Of a stretch of DNA of 64,000 bases, positions 32,724 to 43,149 are shown piece after piece. Location: positions 32,001 to 96,000 of the forward strand of contig CAVZKL010000011.1 of the NCBI GenBank assembly GCA_963775895.1, in the 5' to 3' direction. Origin of the DNA: Candidatus Bathyarchaeota archaeon (lineage in GTDB: Archaea > Thermoproteota > Bathyarchaeia > Bathyarchaeales > Bathycorpusculaceae). A program made the translations under genes and the position numbers. Under the pieces are notes generated by a model that worked only from the letters and a program-made list of their open reading frames with translations, had not been told where the DNA came from and did no database searches. Position 1 is the first letter of the stretch. Each line of letters starts with the position of its first letter.

Positions 32724-34407
32724 ATGCAGCGCAATCAAATCCTAGTCAAGAACGGGTCCGTGTTCGACCCGCTCAATGGAATAAATTGCGAACAGATGGA
32801 CATAGCAATTAAGAATGACAAGATAGTTGAGGAAAAAGAACTCGATCCACAAGAAGTCTTTATTATAGACGCGAATGGAATGTCGGTTTTCCCAGGAGGC
32901 ATTGATGTCCATTCTCACATGGTAGGTCCAGTGATTAGTAACAGTCTCCAAATAGCTCCGAGAGACGTTCAGCGAACATTGAATCTGGAACAGATAGGGC
33001 AAACTTACGCAAGAATGGGATACACCATGGCAGTTGAACCATCGGTACCACCTCTGTTCGCGAAGCAAGCGGTGATGGAGCTTGAGGACATACCCATTAT
33101 AGACAAGGCCTTCTACGCCCTTTTGGGCAACAACTGGTTGATGATGGAATATGTGAAAGAGGGTCTCCTTGACAAACTATCGACGTATGTTTCATGGTTG
33201 CTAAGGAACGTAAAAGGCTTTGCAGTCAAACTGGCTAACCCTGGCGGAGGTGAATTATGGAGCTGGCATGGCGACCTTCAAGACTTGGATGATGTGGTTC
33301 CTTATTTTAACGTAACACCCAGGGAAATCATTGAAACAACCATGAAAGCCAACGAGCGAGTAGGTTTTCCACATTCCGTCCATCTGCATTGCAACAACAC
33401 TCTTCGCCCAGGAAATGTCTCAACCACGCTCGACTCGCTCAAGATGGCTGATGCGGTTGAAGTCGGCAACGCCGAACGGAAGCAAACCATGCACATAGCC
33501 CATGCACAATACAATTGCTACGGAGGTGAGAACTGGGATTCAATCCAGTCCAGAGCCGAGGAAGTGGCTAAGGCTATCAATTCAACTGATAAAATCACAG
33601 CGGACCTGGGGCAGATAACGTTGGCAAACTGTTTTTGTATCACCTGATGGTTGCTTGACAGAACGCGTAGCAAAACTCTTCAAGGAAACGACTGTGACAA
33701 ATTGCGAATTTGAACTTGAAGACACGTCCGGAGGAGTTAAGCTCACGTACTCGAAGGATGATCCAATAAGTCCGTTATTGTGGGCTACGGGTCTTGAACT
33801 CGCGTTGCTAATTCATGATCCTTGGAAATTATGTCTAACGTCAAACAGTCCGAGCGGTGGACTTTTCAGCAGATACCCAGAAATCATTTCTTGGTTGATG
33901 AACAGAGAGGAAAGAGAGAAAATCCTCAAGGAAAGCGAACCCCTTTTACAAAAGAAATCATCGATCGCATCGCTAGATAGAGAGTACGACCTTCACGATA
34001 TATGCGTCATAACTAGGGCTGGCCCTGCGAAGGCCTTGGGGATTTCGAAGATGAAGGGGCACCTAGGAATCGGAGCAGATGCGGATATCTCCATTTATAA
34101 TCTCGCCCAAGAGAACCTAACCGCTCAATCTATTGTTAGAGCATTCTCCAACGCAGCGTACACCATCAAGTCAGGGAACATTGTGGTCAAGAACGGACAA
34201 GTCCTTCAAGACCGCAAGGGGCAAATTCTTTGGGCCAAAACTAGTTGCGACGAAAGTTTGGAGAAGGAAGTCCTTAAAGATTTGGATCTGATATTCAAGA
34301 GATTCTATTCTGTGAACCTCGACAATTTTTTGGTGAGAGACGATTACGTTCGGGAAGGAAGAGCAATCACGCCGAGCAGCTTGCGTCCGTTTGAGATGAA
34401 AGTATGA
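32724..34407 (+). CDS. formylmethanofuran dehydrogenase subunit A-like amidohydrolase, divergent (frameshift near 33635)
   Basis: GGIDVHSH, YARMGYT, LLGNNW, KLANPGG, PHSVHLHCNN, WATGLELAL, YPEIISWLM, TRAGPAKALG. Confidence 0.88.
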
Positions 34408-35711
34408 CGTCTCAGCGTTTGTTTAGAAACGTCGTTTGCGGTGGTTGCGGTTTGGCTTGTGACGACGTGGAGGTTTTGACCGACGGCGAGAGAATCTTGA
34501 CCACAAGAAACGCATGTGTAGTTGGCGCACACAGATTCGGAATTTCCGTTCATCCGTCAAGATATCTGGCTCCTCTGATAAGGAATGAAAAAGGAGAAAT
34601 GAAGGAGGTGTCCTTGACTGAGGCATTCAAGAAGGCTGCTGACATCCTTCTGGAATCTAAACATCCCCTTCTCTACGGATGGAGTTCAACCACTTGCGAA
34701 ACGCAAAGGTTGGGCATTCAGCTAGCCAAACAATTGAAGGGAGTTATAGATGGGTCGTCCTCTGTTTCCTACGGGGCTACATTAAAGGCGACAAGTAAGT
34801 GTGGGCTGTTTACAAGTACATTAGGTCAGGTTAAGAACAGAGCAAACCTGATAATCTTCTGGGGATGCAACGCTATGGATTCACACCCAAGGCAACTAAG
34901 CCGATGCGCGGAGTTTCCCGTAGGCTTCTTCAATCAAGGGAGAGCCGATAGGAAGGTTACGGTTATAGATGTAGGAGAAACCGAAACATCAAAGCTGGCC
35001 GATCGGTTCATAAAAATCGAACCGGAAACGGATTGTGAACTCCTAGCAGCCCTTCGCCTCGCCCTTAAAGATGAGAAAATCCCTGAAACTGTGGCTGGTG
35101 TTAATGCTAAGGAAATCAGCGACTTGGCCGAAGAAATGAAGAAAGCGTCTTTTGGAGTCATATTCTTCGGCACCGATCCAACAGCAAGCAACAGAAACCA
35201 CTTCGAAAAAGAACATCTAATCTCTCTCGTAAGAGAATTGAACCAAATTACGAAATTCGTTGCGATAGGAATGAGAAACCATTTCAACGAAGCGGGACTC
35301 TCTACAATGTTGCTTCGGGAAACCGGTTTCCAGTTTGGAGTGGACTTTGGCAACCGGACTGGCCAGTCATTTTCTGGTGAGACCACAGCAGCAGATGTAC
35401 TTGCGCAGGGATCATGTGACGCTGCACTGATAATGTCATCTGATCCTTTTTCGAGCCTTCCGTTAGACGCGGCGAGGCAATTAACGAAGATTCCACTCAT
35501 CGTAATTGAACCACACTGGACTCCAACGGCACAGTTGGCTGATGTTGTTATTCCAAGTGCCATAAGCGGAATAGAGGCAGAAGGAACGGTGTACAGAATG
35601 GATGGTGTGCCGCTGCGTTTGAAGAAGGTAGTTAATCCCCCGAGAAATTGTCTATCTGATGAAATGATATTGCAGAATATCTTGAAGGAGGTATGCGCGC
35701 GCGCTCACTAA
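34404..35711 (+). CDS. formylmethanofuran dehydrogenase subunit B-like protein, divergent
   Basis: CGGCGLACDD..NAC, PLLYGWSSTTCE, TLGQVKNRA, FWGCNAMDSHPR, GIEAEGTVYRMDGVP. Confidence 0.88.
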   Translation: MTSQRLFRNVVCGGCGLACDDVEVLTDGERILTTRNACVVGAHRFGISVHPSRYLAPLIRNEKGEMKEVSLTEAFKKAADILLESKHPLLYGWSSTTCETQRLGIQLAKQLKGVIDGSSSVSYGATLKATSKCGLFTSTLGQVKNRANLIIFWGCNAMDSHPRQLSRCAEFPVGFFNQGRADRKVTVIDVGETETSKLADRFIKIEPETDCELLAALRLALKDEKIPETVAGVNAKEISDLAEEMKKASFGVIFFGTDPTASNRNHFEKEHLISLVRELNQITKFVAIGMRNHFNEAGLSTMLLRETGFQFGVDFGNRTGQSFSGETTAADVLAQGSCDAALIMSSDPFSSLPLDAARQLTKIPLIVIEPHWTPTAQLADVVIPSAISGIEAEGTVYRMDGVPLRLKKVVNPPRNCLSDEMILQNILKEVCARAH

Positions 35712-35799
35712 TTGAGGGAAAATTCGTGGAAAAGAAAAGTTTCCGTTCGAAATCAATAAGGATTGATTTGATTTCAACGATCGCGAAAGTGGTGGAGGA

Positions 35800-36438
35800 G
35801 TGAGACAAGTGAAAAGCTCGAAACCAGAACAGAGACAATTCGTTTCAGTTGACTCTGAAAAATGTATAGGTTGTGGTCTCTGCGAATACGTTTGCGCGCT
35901 AGAGAAGGAAGGGTTCCCGGACCTTTCGAGATCAAGAATCAGAGTCGTACGTTTAAATCCATGGATAAATTTCGCAATGGCCTGTAAGTTCTGTGAGGAA
36001 GCTCCATGCGTAAAAGCCTGTTCTCGAGGAGCTTTGAAGCAGTCCGAAAAAGGCGGCATCATCATTGTTGACGATGCTAAATGTGACGCATGCTGCTGGT
36101 GCCTCCAAGCCTGCCCTTACGGCGGCATCGTATTGCATCCTGAGCAGAAGGTTGTGGCGTGTGATCTATGTGATGGAAAGCCAAAATGTGTCGAGTTTTG
36201 CCCAGAAAAAGCACTGGAGCTTACAACCAACGACGCAGACTCCAGAAGAATGTTGGTTGCATCTATTGAGAAATTGCCCTCGAAGATTGAGAAATTAAAC
36301 AGTCTAATCAAAAAGAGAGACTGGACGGAGATGTTCGAAGAAGCCGAGGAAAAGGCTAAGAGACTGGAAGAGAAGCTCGACGCGATAAATAAGAGAGAAG
36401 CAGAAATTAAACGCGAAAACCAACCAAAGACCAAGTAG
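35800..36438 (+). CDS. 4x[4Fe-4S] dicluster protein (DmsB/HydN type)
   Basis: CIGCGLCEYVC, CKFCEEAPCVKAC, CDACCWCLQACPYG, CDLCDGKPKCVEFCP, plus charged C-terminal coil. Confidence 0.88.
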   Translation: MRQVKSSKPEQRQFVSVDSEKCIGCGLCEYVCALEKEGFPDLSRSRIRVVRLNPWINFAMACKFCEEAPCVKACSRGALKQSEKGGIIIVDDAKCDACCWCLQACPYGGIVLHPEQKVVACDLCDGKPKCVEFCPEKALELTTNDADSRRMLVASIEKLPSKIEKLNSLIKKRDWTEMFEEAEEKAKRLEEKLDAINKREAEIKRENQPKTK

Positions 36439-36671
36439 AAGCTTTGTGAATGAAGATCGTCTGCGCAACGCAACACTCATTCGCTATTTTTAAGGAGGCG
36501 CACTCGTTGCGTCTTCTTTGTGTTGTTTCTTTTCATCCTCTTCCAGAATCTCTAGGCATGTCCTTTTAGCAGCTCGTGCACGCGCCTGTGCCTGTGCACG
36601 GCGATTCAGCCGCAAAAACTTCAAATTCCTTTAACCCCCTATGACTAATCATTAGCCTTTGATGACTGCAT

Positions 36672-38215
36672 TTATTCTATTTGTCTCTTATAAGACATAT
36701 CCAGCAGTTGTGCCAAATGCAACACACGTATTCCCTTTGCGCCTTTCAGCTTAAGGGCTGACGATATCTGCGTAACGCATCGCGGGCATGCCGTAATCAC
36801 CGCGTCGACATCCAGTTTTTTAATCATTTTGGCCTTCCTGCTAGCTATTTTGTAGCTCAATTTTGGGTTCAGCATTTTGAGCGTGCCTCCGCAACACCTA
36901 TCTGCTTCATCCATTTCAATCAGTTTCACGCCAGGGATGCTCTCAATGATCTTCCTCGGTTCGGCCGATATCTTCAGGCCACGATTGAGGTCACATGGAT
37001 CATGATACGTGACCTTCAAATTCAACTCGCCCATCGTATCAGTCACTAGGCGTTGTTTCAGAAGAAATTCACTGAAATCAAATACCTGTAACTTGTAGTC
37101 GATTCCCAACTCTTTACACAGTCGTGGATACCAGTTTCTCAAAGTGCTGGTGCATCCAGCGCACAGACTGACCGTTTTTGGAGAATCTTCGAAGGCCTGC
37201 AAGTTTTGTTTCAGTAAATGCTTTTGGACTAGATCCACTTGCCCTAATCTGATGAACGGTAGACCACAACACACCTGCTGTTTTGGCAGAGAGATTTCTA
37301 TTTGATTTGACTTCAACACGTTAACGGCCGATTCGCACATGCCGTGAAGACGGAAGTCATAGTCCAAGAGACACCCCAGGAAAAGGCCCACTTGATCTCT
37401 GGGATTATCGACTTCAACCTTGGAGCCTACTTTGCTGAGGAATGGGCTCTTGTTGGGTTTGACGAAAGATTTACCCGTGGCTTCTATCAGCCCTTCTAGT
37501 TCTGCGACTTCTTTCACTGGCGCAATATTTCGCTCTATTGCCATGCGACGCATCGGCATCATAATCATATTGGGTACATCTATCTCGTACGGACAGACTG
37601 CCGCGCATTTACCACACATAGTGCAGTTGAAAAGCCCCTCTTCAGAAGCCGTTCTAAGTCTGTCACCACCGTCTCTAGGATCAAATGCGCGCCTTGCAAT
37701 TTCGGTCATCAAAGCAGGACCAGCAAATGAGTTCTTTCCCTCAGTGTATGAGGGACACGTGGATGTGCAAGATAGGCAACTTATGCAACGACTTACGATC
37801 CTGAATGTTGAAAAGTCGGCTGGACGCAGCTCTTCAGGTTCCTTTTCTAGAACCTTTTTTCGTTCGAGAAAAGCCGAATTCTAGTAAGCTCGTTCAGAAT
37901 CATCGTGCGATCCACAACCAAATCTCTCACTACGGATACGTTCGACAACGGGTTCAGGACCATCCTCTCTTGAGCTAGGGTCCTGCAAACCAGAGCTGGT
38001 TCTCCATTTACTTCTATCGCACACGACCCGCAGAACCCGTATCTGCACTCATAGTTGAATGCAAGTGTCGAATCGCAGTTTTGCCTTATGTACATCAGTG
38101 CATCGAGCACGGTCATGCCCTTTTGATAGGGGAACTTGTACGTCTCGTACCTTGGATTTGAACTTTCCTCGGGATTATACCTGTAAATCGTGACCTTCGC
38201 TTCTTTCTCGTCCAT
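36672..38215 (-). CDS. TfrB-like Fe-S protein: SdhB domain fused to two CCG (HdrD-type) domains (frameshift near 37855)
   Basis: CRYGFCGSC...LVC, then (shifted) RCISCLSCTSTCP, CTMCGKCAAVCP, GC...CCG...CAGC, YHDPC...CCGG...CPRC. Confidence 0.85.
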
Positions 38216-38225
38216 CTTTCACACC

Positions 38226-39920
38226 TTAGGGCTTGGCCTCACGTAAGTCGACTGAACATGTAGTCAATTTCATCTCACCATTTTCCAGCGCTATGACAAT
38301 GTGCTTGAGCCATTTGTCGTCATTTCTCTCCGGGTGATCCTTCCGGAAATGAGCCCCACGGGATTCATCTCTCAAAAGAGCAGCCTTGATGACCATTTCT
38401 GCGACAGATACCATGTTTTGAACCTCTAAAGCGTCAATCCAATCCATGTTGTACCTCATCGTGGACAAGGGAACTGAGACGTTTGCGAGAGAGGATTTGA
38501 GTGATTCAATGTCGCTGAGCGCTTGCTTCAGCCCCTCGCCATCCCTGATCAGACCTGCATAGGTCCACATGATGTTTTTTAGCTTCATCTTTGCGTCGTA
38601 CGGTCTGACGTTCCCTTTGGCTCCGAGTAATCCGTAAACCCTCGCATATTCCTCTTTTGCTTGTTCACCGTCTATTGGGGCCGCCTGTTCCAATTTTGCA
38701 GCATATTCCGCAGCGTATTTTCCAGCACGGGCTCCAGAGACAAGTGTATCTGTTAGGCTGTTTTGACTGAGCCTGTTGGCTCCATGGACTCCCCCCACTG
38801 TCTCTCCAGCTGCGAAGAGTCCAGGAACAGTTGTCTCCCACTTTTCATTCACTTTCATCCCGCCCATAAAATAGTGGCACGTCGGCGAAACTTCCAGCAT
38901 CTTCTCCTCAGGGTTAATGCCCAATTTCACGCAAAGCGTGTGAACCAGCGGTAACGTAGTCTTTACGACGCCTGGTGGATTGAAAGTCATGTCACAGTAG
39001 ACTCCTCCCCTCTCTGTTTTTCGACCATCTTGAATCTCTTTGTAAACTCCCCTACAGATTATATCTCTAGTCGATTGTTCAAGCCGACTGGCGTCGTATC
39101 TTTCCATCAACCGTTCGCCTTTGTTGTTAAGTAGATGGCAGACGTACAATGCTCCTACAATCAACCCTCTGAGCGCCTCTGGATATAGCAAACCGAGGGG
39201 GTAAAACTGGACAAATTCCATATCTACGAGCTGAGCTCCAGCCTTCAACGCCAAGGCGAACCCGTCTCCAGTGTTTCGTATCGGCTGTGAGGTGGTGGGA
39301 TATAATTGGCCTGCACCGCCAGTGGCTAAAACTGTGGCTTTTGACTTGAATAGGATGAAACGCCCTGTGTTAATGTTGACCGTAGTTGCACCCACGATTG
39401 AGCCGTTGGCCATTAACAACTTGGTAACAATAGTATTCTCGAAAATCTGTACATTATTCCGTCTAAGCGCCTCTCCTTTCATTGCTTTCAGCATCTCATG
39501 CCCTGGCCGATCTTCCATGTAAGGAGACCTGTGATGACTGTGGCCGCCATCTATGCGCAGTAAGTAGTTTTTCCCATCATCCGTTCTCTCCAAAAAAGCG
39601 CCATATCGCTCTAATTCCACTATTCGTTGGTCTGCCTCGTCGACGAATATTCTGACTAGGTTCTGCTCATTAAGGTAGGCTCCACCTTTGACTGTGTCAA
39701 GAAAATGAACATCCTTGCTGTCACCAGCTTCATGCCACGAGCCAACACCAGCCATGGCTCCCATAGCCATAGGGGTAGACCCGCTGCTTCCTAGAATTCC
39801 TTTGAGAACCAAGACAGTTGAGACTCCAGAGTTACTGGCCTCGATTAAGGCTCTTAGGCCAGCTCCTCCGCCTCCAACCACAAAAACATCCGTTTCAATA
39901 AGTTCCAATACACAACCCAC
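38226..39920 (-). CDS. TfrA/SdhA-family flavoprotein, divergent
   Basis: GGGGAG, ATGGAG, TGDG, DMEFVQF, HYFMGG, GVHGANRL, RDESRGAHFR. Confidence 0.9.
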   Translation of the reverse strand: MGCVLELIETDVFVVGGGGAGLRALIEASNSGVSTVLVLKGILGSSGSTPMAMGAMAGVGSWHEAGDSKDVHFLDTVKGGAYLNEQNLVRIFVDEADQRIVELERYGAFLERTDDGKNYLLRIDGGHSHHRSPYMEDRPGHEMLKAMKGEALRRNNVQIFENTIVTKLLMANGSIVGATTVNINTGRFILFKSKATVLATGGAGQLYPTTSQPIRNTGDGFALALKAGAQLVDMEFVQFYPLGLLYPEALRGLIVGALYVCHLLNNKGERLMERYDASRLEQSTRDIICRGVYKEIQDGRKTERGGVYCDMTFNPPGVVKTTLPLVHTLCVKLGINPEEKMLEVSPTCHYFMGGMKVNEKWETTVPGLFAAGETVGGVHGANRLSQNSLTDTLVSGARAGKYAAEYAAKLEQAAPIDGEQAKEEYARVYGLLGAKGNVRPYDAKMKLKNIMWTYAGLIRDGEGLKQALSDIESLKSSLANVSVPLSTMRYNMDWIDALEVQNMVSVAEMVIKAALLRDESRGAHFRKDHPERNDDKWLKHIVIALENGEMKLTTCSVDLREAKP

Positions 39921-39999
39921 TTAAGAAGTGAAAACAGCCGAAACTTTGTTTAAATAGATTTCGTTTATCAGCTCTGAAAAGTTTTGCTTCGTCATTGCA

Positions 40000-41325
40000 T
40001 CAGGATTTTTCCTTGGGCTTTATCGTTATGGCCTTTGCTGGACAAACACTTGAGCACAGTCCACAGGCTTCGCATTTCTCATCGTCAATCTTGGCGTGAT
40101 TTTCAACTTTCACTGCGTCATGGAAACAGGTTCTTTCACACCATCCACATGAGTATGTTCTGAGGTGTTTCTCGCAGGCAGGTTCATCAACTATGGCGAT
40201 TTTGGTCGACTTCCCTCCGACCATGACTGGAATCTCTCTTTCTATCTTGTCGGCCGAGATGAAGTTTTTGAGTGCGATACCTTTGATTTCGTTGATGCTC
40301 GTGTAACCTTTCTTCTCCATCCACTCAGTAATTTTATCAAGCCACTTCGTTATTTCCTCGTAGCCTTTGCACATGATTGCGGTGCAAGTCTGAACAGTGT
40401 CTGCGCCAGCCATCAAACAACTTATTACGTCTTCCCATTCCCACACGCCGCTTGTGGCACTTAGTGGAACTTTTATGCCCGACTCTCTTGATTTTGCGAG
40501 CCACCTTAAAGCCAACGGAAGCATAAACGGGCCACCAAAACCTGAGTAGGAGCCCCACTCAATTGGCCTTGCATTCTCAATGTCTATTAGTACACCCATT
40601 AGCCTGTTTATTTCCGTAATGCCATCTGCCCCAGCTTCTTCGCACTTCTTTGCTACTGACACCAAATCTCCAACCTGAGCCGTTAGTTTTGGAACTATTG
40701 GTAAACTCAGGTTTTTTCGGCATAATCTCGTTATCTCTTCGGCGGCGGCAGGAACCGCTCCGACAGTTGCGCCGAGCTCTTTCTCAACTTCCATCGCGTG
40801 AGGACATGAATAGTTCAATTCAACTGCATCCGCCTTGGACCCGTTTACAATTTTGCATTGGTCTTCCCATCCTTCGATAGTACCTCCCATGATACTTGCA
40901 ATAACTGCACAATCCTCTCCGACCTTTTTCTTGGTCTCATCAACGTAGTTCACGTATTTGTCATACTCAAATACCGCGGCTTGCTCGATTGAGTACAACG
41001 TGAAGAGTTTGGGTTCTTTGACGATCAGCTTCTCACCTGATCGCAGCAACCCAGGCTTCTGGGTGGGCAAAATGGGATCCCAGTTCAATAGTTTGAACCT
41101 AGGCCGCGCATAGAGGTAAGCCGGAGATATCTTGTGGTTTATCCAATTCACCGCATGTGTTTTGTCGCGTTCTTCTGGGTACAGCGTCTTCAAAACGACG
41201 CCTGCAGCTTTAGCTTTCGCAGCTTTGACGCAGCGGTCTGGATCATGCGTAGGAGTTGCAGAAGCGGCAATGATCGGGTTTTTGAGGGTTAAGCTCCCAA
41301 ATTTTACAGAAGTGTCAATCATCAT
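40000..41325 (-). CDS. dihydropyrimidine/dihydroorotate dehydrogenase family FMN protein (PreA-like) with C-terminal Fe-S domain
   Basis: LKNPIIAAS, VLKT, ELNYSCPH, PKLT, ATSGV, GADTVQTCT, CGWCERTC...CEACGLCSSVCP. Confidence 0.85.
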   Translation of the reverse strand: MMIDTSVKFGSLTLKNPIIAASATPTHDPDRCVKAAKAKAAGVVLKTLYPEERDKTHAVNWINHKISPAYLYARPRFKLLNWDPILPTQKPGLLRSGEKLIVKEPKLFTLYSIEQAAVFEYDKYVNYVDETKKKVGEDCAVIASIMGGTIEGWEDQCKIVNGSKADAVELNYSCPHAMEVEKELGATVGAVPAAAEEITRLCRKNLSLPIVPKLTAQVGDLVSVAKKCEEAGADGITEINRLMGVLIDIENARPIEWGSYSGFGGPFMLPLALRWLAKSRESGIKVPLSATSGVWEWEDVISCLMAGADTVQTCTAIMCKGYEEITKWLDKITEWMEKKGYTSINEIKGIALKNFISADKIEREIPVMVGGKSTKIAIVDEPACEKHLRTYSCGWCERTCFHDAVKVENHAKIDDEKCEACGLCSSVCPAKAITIKPKEKS

Positions 41326-41568
41326 AAGACCCTCGTGTTGATCTAGAAGACCAAACAAAGGGTGAGATGGTTATTTAACCATTGTTGTCATTTTTTTCGT
41401 TCTTGACATTGATTTTCATTTTATCTTTGCAAACGATGTCTCAAAGGTCTGTGCTCGACATTCATTCCTTATCACTATTAACTCCGTCCGCCTCGCGCGC
41501 GCTCCCACCAAGCCCGTCCGATCCGAGACAAAGACCGTTTACCGAAACTCAACCTCATACGAAGAATT

Positions 41569-42789
41569 TCAGTCTATGGTTTCACTATTTATGCGCGAAT
41601 ACTGCTGCATTCCTTTCCTTGCAGAAAACTTGGAGAAGAAAACCGGAAGAACTAGCAAGAAAGCGAGTAACGCAATGCATAACCATGCATAACCGTATCC
41701 TAACCTAATTACAAAGTAGGAGAAGAGCAACGGTGATACAAAAGTGCCTGAAAGTTGGAGGCTGTTAACCCAACTTAAGGCCAAGGTTTCGTATTCAGGA
41801 CCCAATCTGTTGGCTTCTCTAGCGACCGCAAAACCAAACGTGAGCCCGGCCCCCGTTCCCAAGCCAACGAGGACGCTCGACGCGATTGCCGAGTAAAGCG
41901 TCCCAATAAACGCTATGGCGATGCCGACTGCCATAGTTGCACCCGTCACAAAAAGCAACCTTCTTGCATTTCCAAACTTGTCAAAGACTCTTCCAGAAAA
42001 CGGTCCTGTCACGAAGGCCGAAGCAGCGGCCAGTGACGCGATCACACCAGCTTCTCCAACGCCGACGTTGCACACGTTCTCAAGGTAATAAGCCATGAAA
42101 TTTTGCACAACAGCACTGCCTACTTGAAAACTCAGCAAAGCAATTGATAACATTATCAAGAATCTATTGGTCAGTATGAGCTTCAGACAGTGAAGGTCGA
42201 TTTGAAAGTCTGAGCGAAGGTTGTCCTTGGGTGCAAAAAAGATGAGCAAAAGAGACGTTGCCAAACCTAGCGAGCCACTTATGACAAGGCTGCTGCGCCA
42301 CCCAAGTCCAACTGCTATTGCTGCCCAACCCGAAAGCCCAATCACACCGCCCAAATAGAAAGCTGAATGGTAAGTTCCAACCCCCAATCCCTCCGACCCT
42401 TTCCTCAAGAGTCTGATCACCAGAATAATGGCTGGAGCAAAAACGAGGGCCATTCCAGCGCCTACAAGAAACCTTAGGACCGCTATCTCTGCAAGATTCC
42501 TCGCGAAACCGGTCAACAAAGCAGAAACAGACGCAATCGTTGTCCCGTAAATCACAGTCAGACGCGGACCCGTTTTGGCTGCGAGGATTCCTCCAGGTAC
42601 TTGAAACGCTCCAATGCCGATGTAGAATGCCGCCGTTACCACCCCCAGCCCTGAGATATCTTGCTGAAATTCGGAAGCTATCAAGGAAAAAACCGCCGCT
42701 ATGTTCATCCAGTTTATCGCATACACGACTCTGCCCAAAATGAGCGATGCCAGCGCAGCACGGTTGGTTGAATTCTTATCAAAGCTCAC
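41569..42789 (-). CDS. MFS transporter
   Basis: About 12 TM helices; GGILAAKTGPR motif A, LRFLVGAG, GRVFDKFG. Confidence 0.9.
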   Translation of the reverse strand: MSFDKNSTNRAALASLILGRVVYAINWMNIAAVFSLIASEFQQDISGLGVVTAAFYIGIGAFQVPGGILAAKTGPRLTVIYGTTIASVSALLTGFARNLAEIAVLRFLVGAGMALVFAPAIILVIRLLRKGSEGLGVGTYHSAFYLGGVIGLSGWAAIAVGLGWRSSLVISGSLGLATSLLLIFFAPKDNLRSDFQIDLHCLKLILTNRFLIMLSIALLSFQVGSAVVQNFMAYYLENVCNVGVGEAGVIASLAAASAFVTGPFSGRVFDKFGNARRLLFVTGATMAVGIAIAFIGTLYSAIASSVLVGLGTGAGLTFGFAVAREANRLGPEYETLALSWVNSLQLSGTFVSPLLFSYFVIRLGYGYAWLCIALLAFLLVLPVFFSKFSARKGMQQYSRINSETID

Positions 42790-42860
42790 TGGTCTCAGAC
42801 TCTCAAGACTTCCTTACAAATGAACCTTACCTGTTAATGAGTCTTCACTAACTTTTTCAC

Positions 42861-42878
42861 ACTTAGCGCGTGCTAAGT
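42861..42878. repeat. 18-bp near-perfect palindrome upstream of the MFS gene
   Basis: ACTTAGC-GCGT-GCTAAGT, 72 bp upstream of the MFS start, in the divergent MFS/DUF4392 spacer. Confidence 0.6.
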
Positions 42879-43149
42879 CTCAGGAGAGTAACAAGGCCTT
42901 CTATGGATTTAGCCTGACTTCACCATTCTTTTTCAGTCTTGTGGGTTCACCATTTTCCTGCTCTCGGCTAAGCCTAGCACTGGCTCACGGCTTTCAGGCT
43001 TGTTTCACCTTGGAGGAGGGCTTCTATGGCCGTTGCGTTGAGCCTAGAAGTCCAGTCGTCACAATCGCGCGCACTGGAGAAGACTTAAATTATGAACACA
43101 TCCAAGATGTTTAAGAGAAATTAGTAAACTAAACAAGCCGTGATGAAAT

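Noticed and set aside
33645-33647. In-frame TGA in the fwdA-like gene as selenocysteine
   Set aside because: Homology continues in another frame (SPDG, matching the TADG region) after a T-homopolymer; FwdA has no Sec at this position.
32440-39920. Evidence for methanogenesis from Fwd- and Tfr/Hdr-like genes
   Set aside because: No mcr, mtr or ftr in the window, and catalytic residues are altered.
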